NCBI GenBank assembly: GCA_964016885.1
Contig: OZ024742.1
Location: forward strand, 8,556,001-8,620,000
Length of the DNA: 64,000 nt
Direction: 5' to 3'
Source: Eledone cirrhosa
Lineage: Eukaryota
Shown here: piece by piece, positions 15,001 to 27,900 of the stretch
How positions within the stretch are numbered: the first letter of the stretch is position 1
Layout of the letters: every line of letters starts with the position of its first letter
The notes under the pieces: model-generated
What the model was told of the DNA's origin: nothing
What the model saw: only the letters and a program-made list of their open reading frames with translations
Databases searched by the model: none
Program-made: the position numbers and the translations under genes

Positions 15001-18000
15001 TCTGCACTGCTAGACTGCCCTATCTCAGTACATATCTTCTAGTATAATTCTTCAATGTAAATCTACAGACTCTGCTCTGCTAGACTGCCCTATCTCAGTA
15101 CATATCTTCTAGTATAATTCTTCAGTGTAAACCTACAGACTCTGCACTGCTAGACTGCCCTATCTCAGTACATATCTTCTAGTATACTTCTTCAGTGTAA
15201 ATCTACAGACTCTACTCTGCTACACTGCCCTATCTCAGTACATATCTTCTAGTATAATTCTTCAATGTAAACCTACAGACTCTGCTCTGCTAGACTGCCC
15301 TATCTCTGTACATATCTTCTAGTATACTTCTTCAATGTAAACCTACAGACTCTGCACTGCTAGACTGCCCTATCGCAGTACATATCTTCTAGTATACTTC
15401 CTCAGTGTAAACCTACAGACTCTGCTCTGCTAGACTGCCCTATCTCAGTACATATCTTCTAGTATACTTCCTCAGTGTAAACCTACAGACTCTGCACTGC
15501 TAGACTGCCCTATCTCAGTACATATCTTCTAGTATACTTCTTCAGTGTAAACCTACAGACTCTGCAATGCTAGACTGCCCTATCTCAGTACATATCTTCT
15601 AGTATACTTTTTCAATGTAAACCTACAGACTCTGTCTGCTAGACTGCCCTATCTCAGTACATATCTTCTAGTATACTTCCTCAGTGTAAACCTACAGACT
15701 CTGCTCTGCTAGACTGCCCTATCTCAGTACATATCTTCTAGTATACTTCTTCAGTGTAAACCTACAGACTCTGTCTGCTAGACTGCCCTATCTCAGTACA
15801 TATCTTCTAGTATACTTCCTCAGTGTAAACCTACAGACTCTGCTCTGCTAGACTGCCCTATCTCAGTACATATCTTCTAGTATACTTCCTCAGTGTAAAC
15901 CTACAGACTCTGCTCTGCTAGACTGTCCTATCTCAGTACATATCTTCTAGTATACTTCTTCAATGTAAACCTACAGACTCTACTCTGCTAGACTGCCCTA
16001 TCTCAGTACATATCTTCTAGTATACTTCTTCAGTGTAAACATACAGACTCTGCACTGCTAGACTGCCCTATCTCAGTACATATCTTCTAGTATACTTCCT
16101 CAGTGTAAACCTACAGACTCTGCTCTGCTAGACTGCCCTATCTCAGTACATATCTTCTAGTATACTTCTTCAGTGTAAACCTACAGACTCTGCTCTGCTA
16201 GACTGCCCTATCTCAGTACATATCTTCTAGTATACTTCTTCAGTGTAAACCTACAGACTCTGCACTGCTAGACTGCCCTATCTCAGTACATATCTTCTAG
16301 TATACTTCTTCAGTGTAAACCATCAGACTCTGCACTGCTAGACTGCCCTATCTCAGTACATATCTTCTAGTATACTTCTTCAGTGTAAACCTACAGACTC
16401 TGCTCTGCTAGACTGCCCTATCTCAGTACATATCTTCTAATATACTTCTTCAGTGTAAAGCTACAGGCTCTGCACTGCTAGACTGCCCTATCTCAGTACA
16501 TATCTTCTAGTATACTTCTTCAGTGTAAACCTACAGACTCTGCACTGCTAGACTGCCCTATCTCAGTACATATCTTCTAGTATACTTCTTCAGTGTAAAC
16601 CTACAGATTCTGCACTGCTAGACTGCCCTATCTCAGTACATATCTTCTAGTATAATTCTTCAATGTAAATCTACAGACTCTGCTCTGCTAGACTGCCCTA
16701 TCTCAGTACATATCTTCTAGTATAATTCTTCAGTGTAAACCTACAGACTCTGCACTGCTAGACTGCCCTATCTCAGTACATATCTTCTAGTATACTTCTT
16801 CAGTGTAAATCTACAGACTCTGCTCTGCTAGACTGCCCTATCTCAGTACATATCTTCTAGTATAATTCTTCAATGTAAACCTACAGACTCTGCTCTGCTA
16901 GACTGCCCTATCTCTGTACATATCTTCTAGTATACTTCTTCAATGTAAACCTACAGACTCTGCACTGCTAGACTGCCCTATCGCAGTACATATCTTCTAG
17001 TATACTTCCTCAGTGTAAACCTACAGACTCTGCTCTGCTAGACTGCCCTATCTCAGTACATATCTTCTAGTATACTTCCTCAGTGTAAACCTACAGACTC
17101 TGCACTGCTAGACTGCCCTATCTCAGTACATATCTTCTAGTATACTTCTTCAGTGTAAACCTACAGACTCTGCAATGCTAGACTGCCCTATCTCAGTACA
17201 TATCTTCTAGTATACTTTTTCAATGTAAACCTACAGACTCTGTCTGCTAGACTGCCCTATCTCAGTACATATCTTCTAGTATACTTCCTCAGTGTAAACC
17301 TACAGACTCTGCTCTGCTAGACTGCCCTATCTCAGTACATATCTTCTAGTATACTTCTTCAGTGTAAACCTACAGACTCTGCTCTGCTAGACTGTCCTAT
17401 CTCAGTACATATCTTCTAGTATACTTCTTCAATGTAAACCTACAGACTCTGCACTGCTAGACTGCCCTATCTCAGTACATATCTTCTAGTATACTTCCTC
17501 AGTGTAAACCTACAGACTCTGCTCTGCTAGACTGCCCTATCTCAGTACATATCTTCTAGTATACTTCCTTAGTGTAAACCTACAGACTCTGCTCTGCTAG
17601 ACTGCCCTATCTCAGTACATATCTTCTAGTATACTTCCTCAGTGTAAACCTACAGACTCTGCTCTGCTAGACTGCCCTATCTCAGTACATATCTTCTAGT
17701 ATACTTCTTCAGTGTAAACCTACAGACTCTGCTCTGCTAGACTGCCCTATCTCAGTACATATCTTGTAGTATACTTCTTAAGTGTAAACCTACAGACTCT
17801 GCTCTGCTAGACTGCCCTATCTCAGTACATATCTTCTAGTATACTTCCTCAGTGTAAACCTACAGACTCTGCTCTGCTAGAATGCCCTATCTCAGTACAT
17901 ATCTTCTAGTATACTTCTTCAGTGTAAACCTACAGACTCTGGTCTGCTAGACTGCCCTATCTCAGTACATATCTTCTAGTATACTTCTTCAGTGTAAACC

Positions 18001-20489
18001 TACAGACTCTGCTCTGCTAGACTGCCCTATCTCAGTACATATCTTCTAGTATACTTCTTCAGTGTAAACCTACAGACTCTGCTCTGCTAGACTGCCCTAT
18101 CTCTGTACATATCTTCTAGTATACTTCTTCAATGTAAACCTACAGACTCTGCACTGCTAGACTGCCCTATCTCAGTACATATCTTCTAGTATACTTCTTC
18201 AGTGTAATCCTACAGACTCTGCTCTGCTAGACTGCCCTATCTCAGTACATATCTTCTAGTATACTTCTTCAGTGTAAACCTACAGACTCTGCTCTGCTAG
18301 ACTGTCCTATCTCAGTACATATCTTCTAGTATACTTCTTAAGTGTAAACCTACAGACTCTGCTCTGCTAGACTGTCCTATCTCAGTACATATCTTCTAGT
18401 ATACTTCTTCAATGTAAACCTACAGACTCTGCACTGCTAGACTGCCCTATCTCAGTACATATCTTCTAGTATACTTCCTCAGTGTAAACCTACAGACTCT
18501 GCTCTGCTAGACTGCCCTATCTCAGTACATATCTTCTAGTATACTTCCTTAGTGTAAACCTACAGACTCTGCTCTGCTAGACTGCCCTATCTCAGTACAT
18601 ATCTTCTAGTATACTTCCTCAGTGTAAACCTACAGACTCTGCTCTGCTAGACTGCCCTATCTCAGTACATATCTTCTAGTATACTTCTTCAGTGTAAACC
18701 TACAGACTCTGCTCTGCTAGACTGCCCTATCTCAGTACATATCTTGTAGTATACTTCTTAAGTGTAAACCTACAGACTCTGCTCTGCTAGACTGCCCTAT
18801 CTCAGTACATATCTTCTAGTATACTTCTTCAATGTAAACCTACAGACTCTGCACTGCTAGACTGCCCTATCTCAGTACATATCTTCTAGTATACTTCCTC
18901 AGTGTAAACCTACAGACTCTGCTCTGCTAGACTGCCCTATCTCAGTACATATTTTCTAGTATACTTCTTCAGTGTAAACTACAGACTCTGCTCTGCTAGA
19001 CTGCCCTATCTCAGTACATATCTTCTAGTATACTTCTTCAATGTAAACCTACAGACTCTGCACTGCTAGACTGCCCTATCTCAGTACATATCTTCTAGTA
19101 TACTTCCTCAGTGTAAACCTACAGACTCTGCTCTGCTAGACTGCCCTATCTCAGTACATATCTTCTAGTATACTTCCTCAGTGTAAACCTACAGACTCTG
19201 CTCTGCTAGACTGCCCTATCTCAGTACATATCTTCTAGTATACTTCTTCAGTGTAAACCTACAGACTCTGCTCTGCTAGACTGCCCTATCTCAGTACATA
19301 TCTTCTAGTATACTTCTTCAGTGTAAACCTACAGACTCTGCACTGCTAGACTGCCCTATCTCAGTACATATCTTCTAGTATACTTCTTCAGTGTAAACCA
19401 TCAGACTCTGCACTGCTAGACTGCCCTATCTCAGTACATATCTTCTAGTATACTTCTTCAGTGTAAACCTACAGACTCTGCTCTGCTAGACTGCCCTATC
19501 TCAGTACATATCTTCTAATATACTTCTTCAGTGTAAAGCTACAGGCTCTGCACTGCTAGACTGCCCTATCTCAGTACATATCTTCTAGTATACTTCTTCA
19601 GTGTAAACCTACAGACTCTGCACTGCTAGACTGCCCTATCTCAGTACATATCTTCTAGTATACTTCTTCAGTGTAAACCTACAGACTCTGCTCTGCTAGA
19701 CTGCCCTATCTCAGTACATATCTTCTAGTATACTTCCTCAGTGTAAACCTACAGACTCTGCTCTGCTAGACTGCCCTATCTCAGTACATATCTTCTAGTA
19801 TACTTCTTCAGTGTAAATCTACAGACTCTACTCTGCTAGACTGCCCTATCTCAGTACATATCTTCTAGTATACTTCTTCAGTGTAAACCTACAGACTCTG
19901 CTCTGCTAGACTGCCCTATCTCAGTACATATCTTCTAGTATACTTCTTCAGTGTAAACCTACAGACTCTGCTCGGCTAGACTGCCCTATCTCAGTACATA
20001 TCTTCCAGTATACTTCCTCAGTGTAAACCTACAGACTCTGCTCTGCTAGACTGCCCTATCTCAGTACATATCTTCTAGTATACTTCTTCAGTGTAAATCT
20101 ACAGACTCTACTCTGCTAGACTGCCCTATCTCAGTACATATCTTCTAGTATACTTCTTCAGTGTAAACCTACAGACTCTGCACTGCTAGACTGCCCTATC
20201 TCAGTACATATCTTCTAGTATACTTCCTCAGTGTAAACCTACAGACTCTACACTCCTAGACTGCCCTATCTCAGTACATATCTTCTAGTATACTTCTTCA
20301 GTGTAAACCTACAAACTCTGCACTGCTAGACTGCCCTATCTCAGTACATATCTTCTAGTATACTTCTTCAATGTAAACCTACAGACTCTGCTCTGCTAGA
20401 CTGCCCTATCTCAGTACATATCTTCTAATATACTTCTTCAGTGTAAAGCTACAGGCTCTGCACTGCTAGACTGCCCTATCTCAGTACAT
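1..20489. repeat. 70-bp tandem satellite, ~293 monomers, runs off the left window edge
   Basis: Consensus TCTTCTAGTATACTTCTTCAGTGTAAACCTACAGACTCTGCTCTGCTAGACTGCCCTATCTCAGTACATA repeats with a 70-bp period. Monomers differ by only a few substitutions or 1-bp deletions. Confidence 0.99.
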
Positions 20490-23299
20490 TGCGTTGATTT
20501 GAACGAATCACAGGAAGAAGTTTTTTTCTGTGACATACGTATGACCATGTCAACACTTCTGCTTGGTGTTGTTTATCGCCCCCCAAACTGCCATCAGGAC
20601 ACACAGCTTTGCGATATCCCCAGAGTTGCTGCCAAGAAAACAGCCACTTATGTGTTTATTGCAGGTGACTTCAATCATCCTGAGATCGATTGGGAAACCT
20701 TTCGTTGGCCACAGGGTGCAAACGATTTCCTTGAACTAGTGCTGGACTCAAACTGGTCACAAGTAGTCACCTCTCCAACAAGAGGTGACAACACTTTGGA
20801 CCTGATCTTCACCACTACTCCTGAGGTGGTTATCAGTTGTACTACTGAGGAACCTCTAGGCGACTCTGATCATGCTATGATCATTGCCAATCTGGCACTT
20901 GAGGGCAGCAACAAAAACCAGAGCCATCTCCAATCTGCTTGCTTTGATTGGAAGAGGGCAGATTGGAACTTGTACTGCACTGAGCTACAGCGCCCAAACT
21001 GGCATGAGATGTATAACTCTGGAGATGTGAACTCTATACTCCAGAGCATCCTGGACTCAATATGGATAGCGTGTGCAGCATCAGTGCCACGGAAGCGGAA
21101 AAATAACCACCCCAAAAGTGCAATCTGGGAAACTTCAGCAGTCCGACTTGCCAGGAAAGAACGTCGGAACGCTGAACGGGAATATAAACTGCATAGATCA
21201 GATGCCAACAGAAAAAAGCGGAATAAATCTTCTAACCATCTCAAGCAAGTGACAAAGAAGGCAGTGCTTGAATTTGAACAGTGCATCGCAACCAATCCCG
21301 ACAGTAAGGTGTTCTGGAAATATGTTCATTCAAAGCAGAGACCTCACTCTCCAGTTGGTCCTCTTCGCAATCCCCACACAAGCCAGATCACTGACGATCC
21401 CAAGGAATGCGCAGAACTCATTGCTGAGTGCTATGCAAGTATTTTTACTGTTGAAAACCAGAATGTACCATCTCCACCATCTCTAACATCAAATTCCATA
21501 ACAACTATGGAATTTACACCTGCAATGTTGCGACGTCACCTTAAGAATAAGCGCAACTATGCCTCGCCTGGTCTTGATGGTGTGACATACCTGCTTCTCA
21601 AACGTGGCGGGGATTTCCTTTTGCGCCAGCTTTCTTTTTTCTTTCAATACTGTCTCAGCAATGGTGCTACTCCAGAGCAGTGGAAAACTGCCAGTGTCAT
21701 TCCCCTGTTCAAAAAGGGCAACCGCATGTCACCTGTCAACTATCGTCCAGTCAGTCTTACTAGCTGTATGGCCAAACTGATGGAATCCTGTGTCAGAGAA
21801 ACACTTTGGAACTTCTGGAGCTCTCACAGCCTCATCCGGCCCTCACAGTTTGGATTTATCCCTAACTCCAGCTGCTGTGATCAGCTTATCGAGTTCCTTG
21901 AGGACATCACCCGGATCACTGAAAGCGGCTCATGGGTGGATGTTGTTTACCTTGACTTTGCTAAGGCTTTTAATTCTGTGCCACACAAAAGACTTATGGC
22001 AAAACTCTCTGCAATGGGTGTGAGGGATGATCTTTTCGACTGGCTGAAATCCTTCATTCTCAGCCGAAAGGAAGTAGTCACAGTTCTAGGACAGCATTCT
22101 TCACCATATGAGATGTCATCTGGTGTACCACAGGGATCTGTTCTTGGTCCTCTTTTGTTTGTGGCATATATTAATGACATAGATGCCAACTTACAGAATG
22201 CCACGGTACTAAAATATGCAGATGACATCAAGCTGTACCTTGAAATCAAAAGGACTGATCCTGAAATTTACAACTCTTTCCTACAATCAGACCTGGACAC
22301 AATGCAGCAATGGATCACAGACTGGCAACTGAAGCTGGCTGTGGACAAGTGTACCACCATGCATTTTGGAAGGAAAAATCCAGCGTCCACATACTCCCTC
22401 CACAACACTGACATCAAAAAGTCCTCTTGTGAACGTGACCTGGGCATTACTGTCAGCAACGATTTGCGTTGGACAAAGCATGTCTCTAAGATTGTCAAGA
22501 AGGCCGAGGGTGTCTTGGCATCACTCAGCAAGACCTTTGTTAGCCGCTCTCCAGCCATCTATTTAAAACTGTATACAGCTATGGTGCGACCACACTTGGA
22601 ATTCGCATCATCAGTCTGGAAGCCCTATCTTGCTCGGAACATTGACCTCCTGGAAACTGTTCAGAGACGTGCAACCAAGCGCATACCCTCCATCAGACAC
22701 CTACCATACTCTGAACGCCTTGCTTCCCTGGGCATGGATTCATTGAAGCTCCGACGTCTGGCAGTGGACTTGGTGAATACCCACAAAGTTTTTAACCATC
22801 TCGCCAACTGCAACCCTGAGCGCCTCTTTGATCTCCATGTATCTAACACACGTGGACATGCCTACAAGATAAGAAAACAGCACAGCTCCCATGACTTTCG
22901 CAGACATTTTTTCACGCTCAGAGTTGCTGAAACATGGAACAAACTGCCTGCGTCAATTGTTAGCTGCCGAGACACTGCATCCTTTAAGACACTCATGCTT
23001 CCCGAAATACGCCAAAACTACACCTGATGTGCCCCTTCCATACACATGCACACATGTGTGCACTGTTCATTTTACTGATGTTTGTGCATTGCCCTATGTA
23101 CTGTACATGCACTTTTTTGATGGGTTGTGGTGCACCTGGGCACTGTGCACAATATTTCATTATTGTTATTGTTATTATATCATGACTCATACACTGTTTA
23201 TTTTCCTGACATTTGTACATTATTCTATGTACTATACATGCACCTTTGATGAGTTGTAGTGCACCTGAGCACTGTACACAATAATTTCATTATTATTAT
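20490..23299 (+). mobile_element. 5'-truncated CR1-group non-LTR retrotransposon inserted in the satellite
   Basis: The satellite stops at ...CAGTACAT (20489) and resumes in phase at ATCTTCTAG (~23300). The element has an APE-RT ORF, a ~270-bp 3' UTR and an (ATT)n tail. Confidence 0.93.
20499..23027 (+). CDS. LINE ORF2: C-terminal part of the AP endonuclease plus reverse transcriptase (842 aa, no stops; the TTG start is a truncation artefact)
   Basis: APE motifs YRPP, GDFN, TLDLIF, SDH. RT motifs [38 protein letters not shown] (22215-22226). CR1-like C-terminus RPHLEFA, LETVQRRATK, TRGH, FFTLRVAETWNKLP. Confidence 0.93.
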   Translation: MNESQEEVFFCDIRMTMSTLLLGVVYRPPNCHQDTQLCDIPRVAAKKTATYVFIAGDFNHPEIDWETFRWPQGANDFLELVLDSNWSQVVTSPTRGDNTLDLIFTTTPEVVISCTTEEPLGDSDHAMIIANLALEGSNKNQSHLQSACFDWKRADWNLYCTELQRPNWHEMYNSGDVNSILQSILDSIWIACAASVPRKRKNNHPKSAIWETSAVRLARKERRNAEREYKLHRSDANRKKRNKSSNHLKQVTKKAVLEFEQCIATNPDSKVFWKYVHSKQRPHSPVGPLRNPHTSQITDDPKECAELIAECYASIFTVENQNVPSPPSLTSNSITTMEFTPAMLRRHLKNKRNYASPGLDGVTYLLLKRGGDFLLRQLSFFFQYCLSNGATPEQWKTASVIPLFKKGNRMSPVNYRPVSLTSCMAKLMESCVRETLWNFWSSHSLIRPSQFGFIPNSSCCDQLIEFLEDITRITESGSWVDVVYLDFAKAFNSVPHKRLMAKLSAMGVRDDLFDWLKSFILSRKEVVTVLGQHSSPYEMSSGVPQGSVLGPLLFVAYINDIDANLQNATVLKYADDIKLYLEIKRTDPEIYNSFLQSDLDTMQQWITDWQLKLAVDKCTTMHFGRKNPASTYSLHNTDIKKSSCERDLGITVSNDLRWTKHVSKIVKKAEGVLASLSKTFVSRSPAIYLKLYTAMVRPHLEFASSVWKPYLARNIDLLETVQRRATKRIPSIRHLPYSERLASLGMDSLKLRRLAVDLVNTHKVFNHLANCNPERLFDLHVSNTRGHAYKIRKQHSSHDFRRHFFTLRVAETWNKLPASIVSCRDTASFKTLMLPEIRQNYT

Positions 23300-24210
23300 A
23301 TCTTCTAGTATACTTCTTCAGTGTAAACCTACAGACTCTGCACTGCTAGACTGCCCTATCTCAGTACATATCTTCTAGTATACTTCTTCAGTGTAAACCT
23401 ACAGACTCTGCTCTGCTAGACTGCCCTATCTCAGTACATATCTTCTAGTATACTTCCTCAGTGTAAACCTGCAGACTCTGCTCTGCTAGACTGCCCTATC
23501 TCAGTACATATCTTCTAGTATACTTCTTCAGTGTAAATCTACAGACTCTACTCTGCTAGACTGCCCTATCTCAGTACATATCTTCTAGTATACTTCTTCA
23601 GTGTAAACCTACAGACTCTGCTCTGCTAGACTGCCCTATCTCAGTACATATCTTCTAGTATACTTCTTCAGTGTAAACCTACAGACTCTGCTCTGCTAGA
23701 CTGCCCTATCTCAGTACATATCTTCCAGTATACTTCCTCAGTGTAAACCTACAGACTCTGCTCTGCTAGACTGCCCTATCTCAGTACATATCTTCTAGTA
23801 TACTTCTTCAGTGTAAATCTACAGACTCTACTCTGCTAGACTGCCCTATCTCAGTACATATCTTCTAGTATACTTCTTCAGTGTAAACCTACAGACTCTG
23901 CACTGCTAGACTGCCCTATCTCAGTACATATCTTCTAGTATACTTCCTCAGTGTAAACCTACAGACTCTACACTCCTAGACTGCCCTATCTCAGTACATA
24001 TCTTCTAGTATACTTCTTCAGTGTAAACCTACAGACTCTGCACTGCTAGACTGCCCTATCTCAGTACATATCTTCTAGTATACTTCTTCAATGTAAACCT
24101 ACAGACTCTGCACTGCTAGACTACCCTATCTCAGTACATATCTTCTAGTATACTTCTTCAATGTAAACCTACAGACTCTGCACTGCTAGACTGCCCTATC
24201 TCAGTACATA
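23300..24210. repeat. Last 13 monomers of the 70-bp satellite
   Basis: Same consensus. The array ends at TCAGTACATA/TTCTCGAG. Confidence 0.99.
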
Positions 24211-24597
24211 TTCTCGAGTATAAAATATAACAATCCGTATCTGGCTTCATCAAAATTACAGACGGATTTAAGAACAAAACATAGCAACTATCAAAACAAA
24301 TCCACATAGATAGATTTTTATCCTCAAAATCAGGCGAGAGTATTTGTAGAAACCACAAGTACTTTGTTCCAGGTGATGTTTAGAAATAACTAAAAGAAAG
24401 TATTTTCTAATCTATTTTCAAATGACACGTGCTTATGGAAGAAAAACATGTCACACAAAGAGTTTGAATATCATTTCCAATCTATCGATGATCAAACAAT
24501 TAGAGTTCATGAGACCTATTAATGATCTGCAGTAATTATTGTTACACAGTATATTTAATGGTTAGTTACGATCAGTTAAGATGGTTAAGGATTTTCT

Positions 24598-24740
24598 AAT
24601 TATTACAGAAGGATTACTAGTAATGGTATGTTATAATACAGAAGCATTACTAGTTATGGTAAGTTATAATACAGAAGCATTACTAGTTATGGTAAGTTAT
24701 ATTACACAAGAATTACTAGTAATGGTAAGTTATAATACAT
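24598..24740. repeat. ~33-bp minisatellite, ~4 copies
   Basis: TTATAATACAGAAGCATTACTAGTTATGGTAAG repeated with variants. Confidence 0.85.
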
Positions 24741-24940
24741 TATCATGTCTAACTAATCATAACCAATGAATATTAACAAATATTTTCTATTAAATGAGAG
24801 AGAATAACTTATAGTTATATCAAAACATAGTTAATTGCGTTAGTAGTGGTTAAAGATTGTCTTAGTCTTAATAATTGTTGGTGTTTGGGATAAATGATGA
24901 TTAGGAATGTGGTCAGGTATGACGTTTGCTGCTACTGCCA

Positions 24941-27900
24941 CCAGGTAACCCAGTATAACCCGCTTCATGGTCAGGTGGTCGATGACTGAACCAGTTTTAT
25001 ATAAAGGTGACCTTCTCCAGGTAACCCAGTATAACCCGCTTCATGGTCAGGTGGTCGATGACTGAACCAGTTTTATATAAAGGTGACCTTCTCCAGGTAA
25101 CCCAGTATAACCCGCTTCATGGTCAGGTGGTCGATGACTGAACCAGTTTTATATAAAGGTGACCTTCTCCAGGTAACCCAGTATAACCCGCTTCATGGTC
25201 AGGTGGTCGGCGACTGAACCAGTTTTATATAAAGGTGACCTTCTCCAGGTAACCCAGTACAACCTGCTTCATGGTCAGGTGGTCGATGACTGAACCAGTT
25301 TTATATAAAGGTGACCTTCTCCAGGTAACCCAGTATAACCCGCTTCATGGTCAGGTGGTCGGCGACTGTACCTGTTTTATATAAAGGTGACCTTCTCCAG
25401 GTAACCCAGTATAACCCGCTTCATGGTCAGGTGGTCGATGACTGAACCAGTTTCATATAAAGGTGACCTTCTCCAGGTAACCCAGTATAACCCGCTTCAT
25501 GGTCAGGTGGTCGATGACTGAACCAGTTTCATATAAAGGTGACCTTCTCCAGGTAACCCAGTATAACCCGCTTCATGGTCAGGTGGTCGGCGACTGAACC
25601 AGTTTTATATAAAGGTGACCTTCTCCAGGTAACCCAGTATAACCCGCTTCATGGTCAGGTGGTCGGCGACTGAACCAGTTTCATATAAAGGTGACCTTCT
25701 CCAGGTAACCCAGTACAACCCGCTTCATGGTCAGGTGGTCGGCGACTGAACCTGTTTCATATAAAGGTGACCTTCTCCAGGTAACCCAGTACAACCCGCT
25801 TCATGGTCAGGTGGTCGGCGACTGAACCAGTTTCATATAAAGGTGACCTTCTCCAGGTAACCCAGTATAACCCGCTTCATGGTCAGGTGGTCGGCGACTG
25901 AACCTGTTTCATATAAAGGTGACCTTCTCCAGGTAACCCAGTACAACCCGTTCATGGTCAGGTGGTCGGCGACTGAACCAGTTTCATATAAAGGTGACCT
26001 TCTCCAGGTAACCCAGTACAACCCGCTTCATGGTCAGGTGGTCGGCGACTGAACCAGTTTTATATAAAGGTGACCTTCTCCAGGTAACCCAGTATAACCC
26101 GCTTCATGGTCAGGTGGTCGGCGACTGAACCAGTTTTATATAAAGGTGACCTTCTCCAGGTAACCCAGTACAACCCGCTTCATGGTCAGGTGGTCGGCGA
26201 CTGTACCTGTTTCATATAAAGGTGACCTTCTCCAGGTAACCCAGTATAACCTGCTTCATGGTCAGGTGGTCGGCGACTGTACCTGTTTCATATAAAGGTG
26301 ACCTTCTCCAGGTAACCCAGTATAACCCGCTTCATGGTCAGGTGGTCGATGACTGAACCTGTTTTATATAAAGGTGACCTTCTCCAGGTAACCCAGTATA
26401 ACCCGCTTCATGGTCAGGTGGTCGATGACTGAACCTGTTTCATATAAAGGTGACCTTCTCCAGGTAACCCAGTACAACCCGCTTCATGGTCAGGTGGTCG
26501 GCGACTGTACCTGTTTCATATAAAGGTGACCTTCTCCAGGTAACCCAGTATAACCCGCTTCATGGTCAGGTGGTCGGCGACTGAACCAGTTTCATATAAA
26601 GGTGACCTTCTCCAGGTAACCCAGTATAACCCGCTTCATGGTCAGGTGGTCGGCGACTGTACCTGTTTCATATAAAGGTGACCTTCTCCAGGTAACCCAG
26701 TATAACCCGCTTCATGGTCAGGTGGTCGATGACTGAACCAGTTTTATATAAAGGTGACCTTCTCCAGGTAACCCAGTATAACCCGCTTCATGGTCAGGTG
26801 GTCGATGACTGAACCAGTTTCATATAAAGGTGACCTTCTCCAGGTAACCCAGTACAACCCGCTTCATGGTCAGGTGGTCGGCGACTGAACCAGTTTTATA
26901 TAAAGGTGACCTTCTCCAGGTAACCCAGTATAACCCGCTTCATGGTCAGGTGGTCGGCGACTGAACCAGTTTTATATAAAGGTGACCTTCTCCAGGTAAC
27001 CCAGTACAACCCGCTTCATGGTCAGGTGGTCGGCGACTGTACCTGTTTCATATAAAGGTGACCTTCTCCAGGTAACCCAGTATAACCTGCTTCATGGTCA
27101 GGTGGTCGGCGACTGTACCTGTTTCATATAAAGGTGACCTTCTCCAGGTAACCCAGTATAACCCGCTTCATGGTCAGGTGGTCGATGACTGAACCTGTTT
27201 TATATAAAGGTGACCTTCTCCAGGTAACCCAGTATAACCCGCTTCATGGTCAGGTGGTCGATGACTGAACCTGTTTCATATAAAGGTGACCTTCTCCAGG
27301 TAACCCAGTACAACCCGCTTCATGGTCAGGTGGTCGGCGACTGTACCTGTTTCATATAAAGGTGACCTTCTCCAGGTAACCCAGTATAACCCGCTTCATG
27401 GTCAGGTGGTCGGCGACTGTACCTGTTTCATATAAAGGTGACCTTCTCCAGGTAACCCAGTATAACCCGCTTCATGGTCAGGTGGTCGATGACTGAACCA
27501 GTTTTATATAAAGGTGACCTTCTCCAGGTAACCCAGTATAACCCGCTTCATGGTCAGGTGGTCGATGACTGAACCAGTTTCATATAAAGGTGACCTTCTC
27601 CAGGTAACCCAGTACAACCCGCTTCATGGTCAGGTGGTCGGCGACTGAACCAGTTTCATATAAAGGTGACCTTCTCCAGGTAACCCAGTACAACCTGCTT
27701 CATGGTCAGGTGGTCGGCGACTGAACCAGTTTCATATAAAGGTGACCTTCTCCAGGTAACCCAGTACAACCTGCTTCATGGTCAGGTGGTCGGCGACTGA
27801 ACCAGATTTATATAAAGGTGACCTTCTCCAGGTAACCCAGTATAACCCGCTTCATGGTCAGGTGGTCGGCGACTGAACCAGTTTCATATAAAGGTGACCT

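Noticed and set aside
20870-23259. Short overlapping or antisense ORFs within the CR1 (and likewise within the Tx1 copies)
   Set aside because: They are shadow frames of the RT genes with no independent motifs.
19581-24210. 910-bp giant target-site duplication around the CR1
   Set aside because: The monomer just left of the LINE (TAATA/AAGCT type) is not repeated at the right end, and the monomer at 20351-20420 looks chimeric. The duplication junction is therefore ~110 bp upstream of the insertion and probably predates it.
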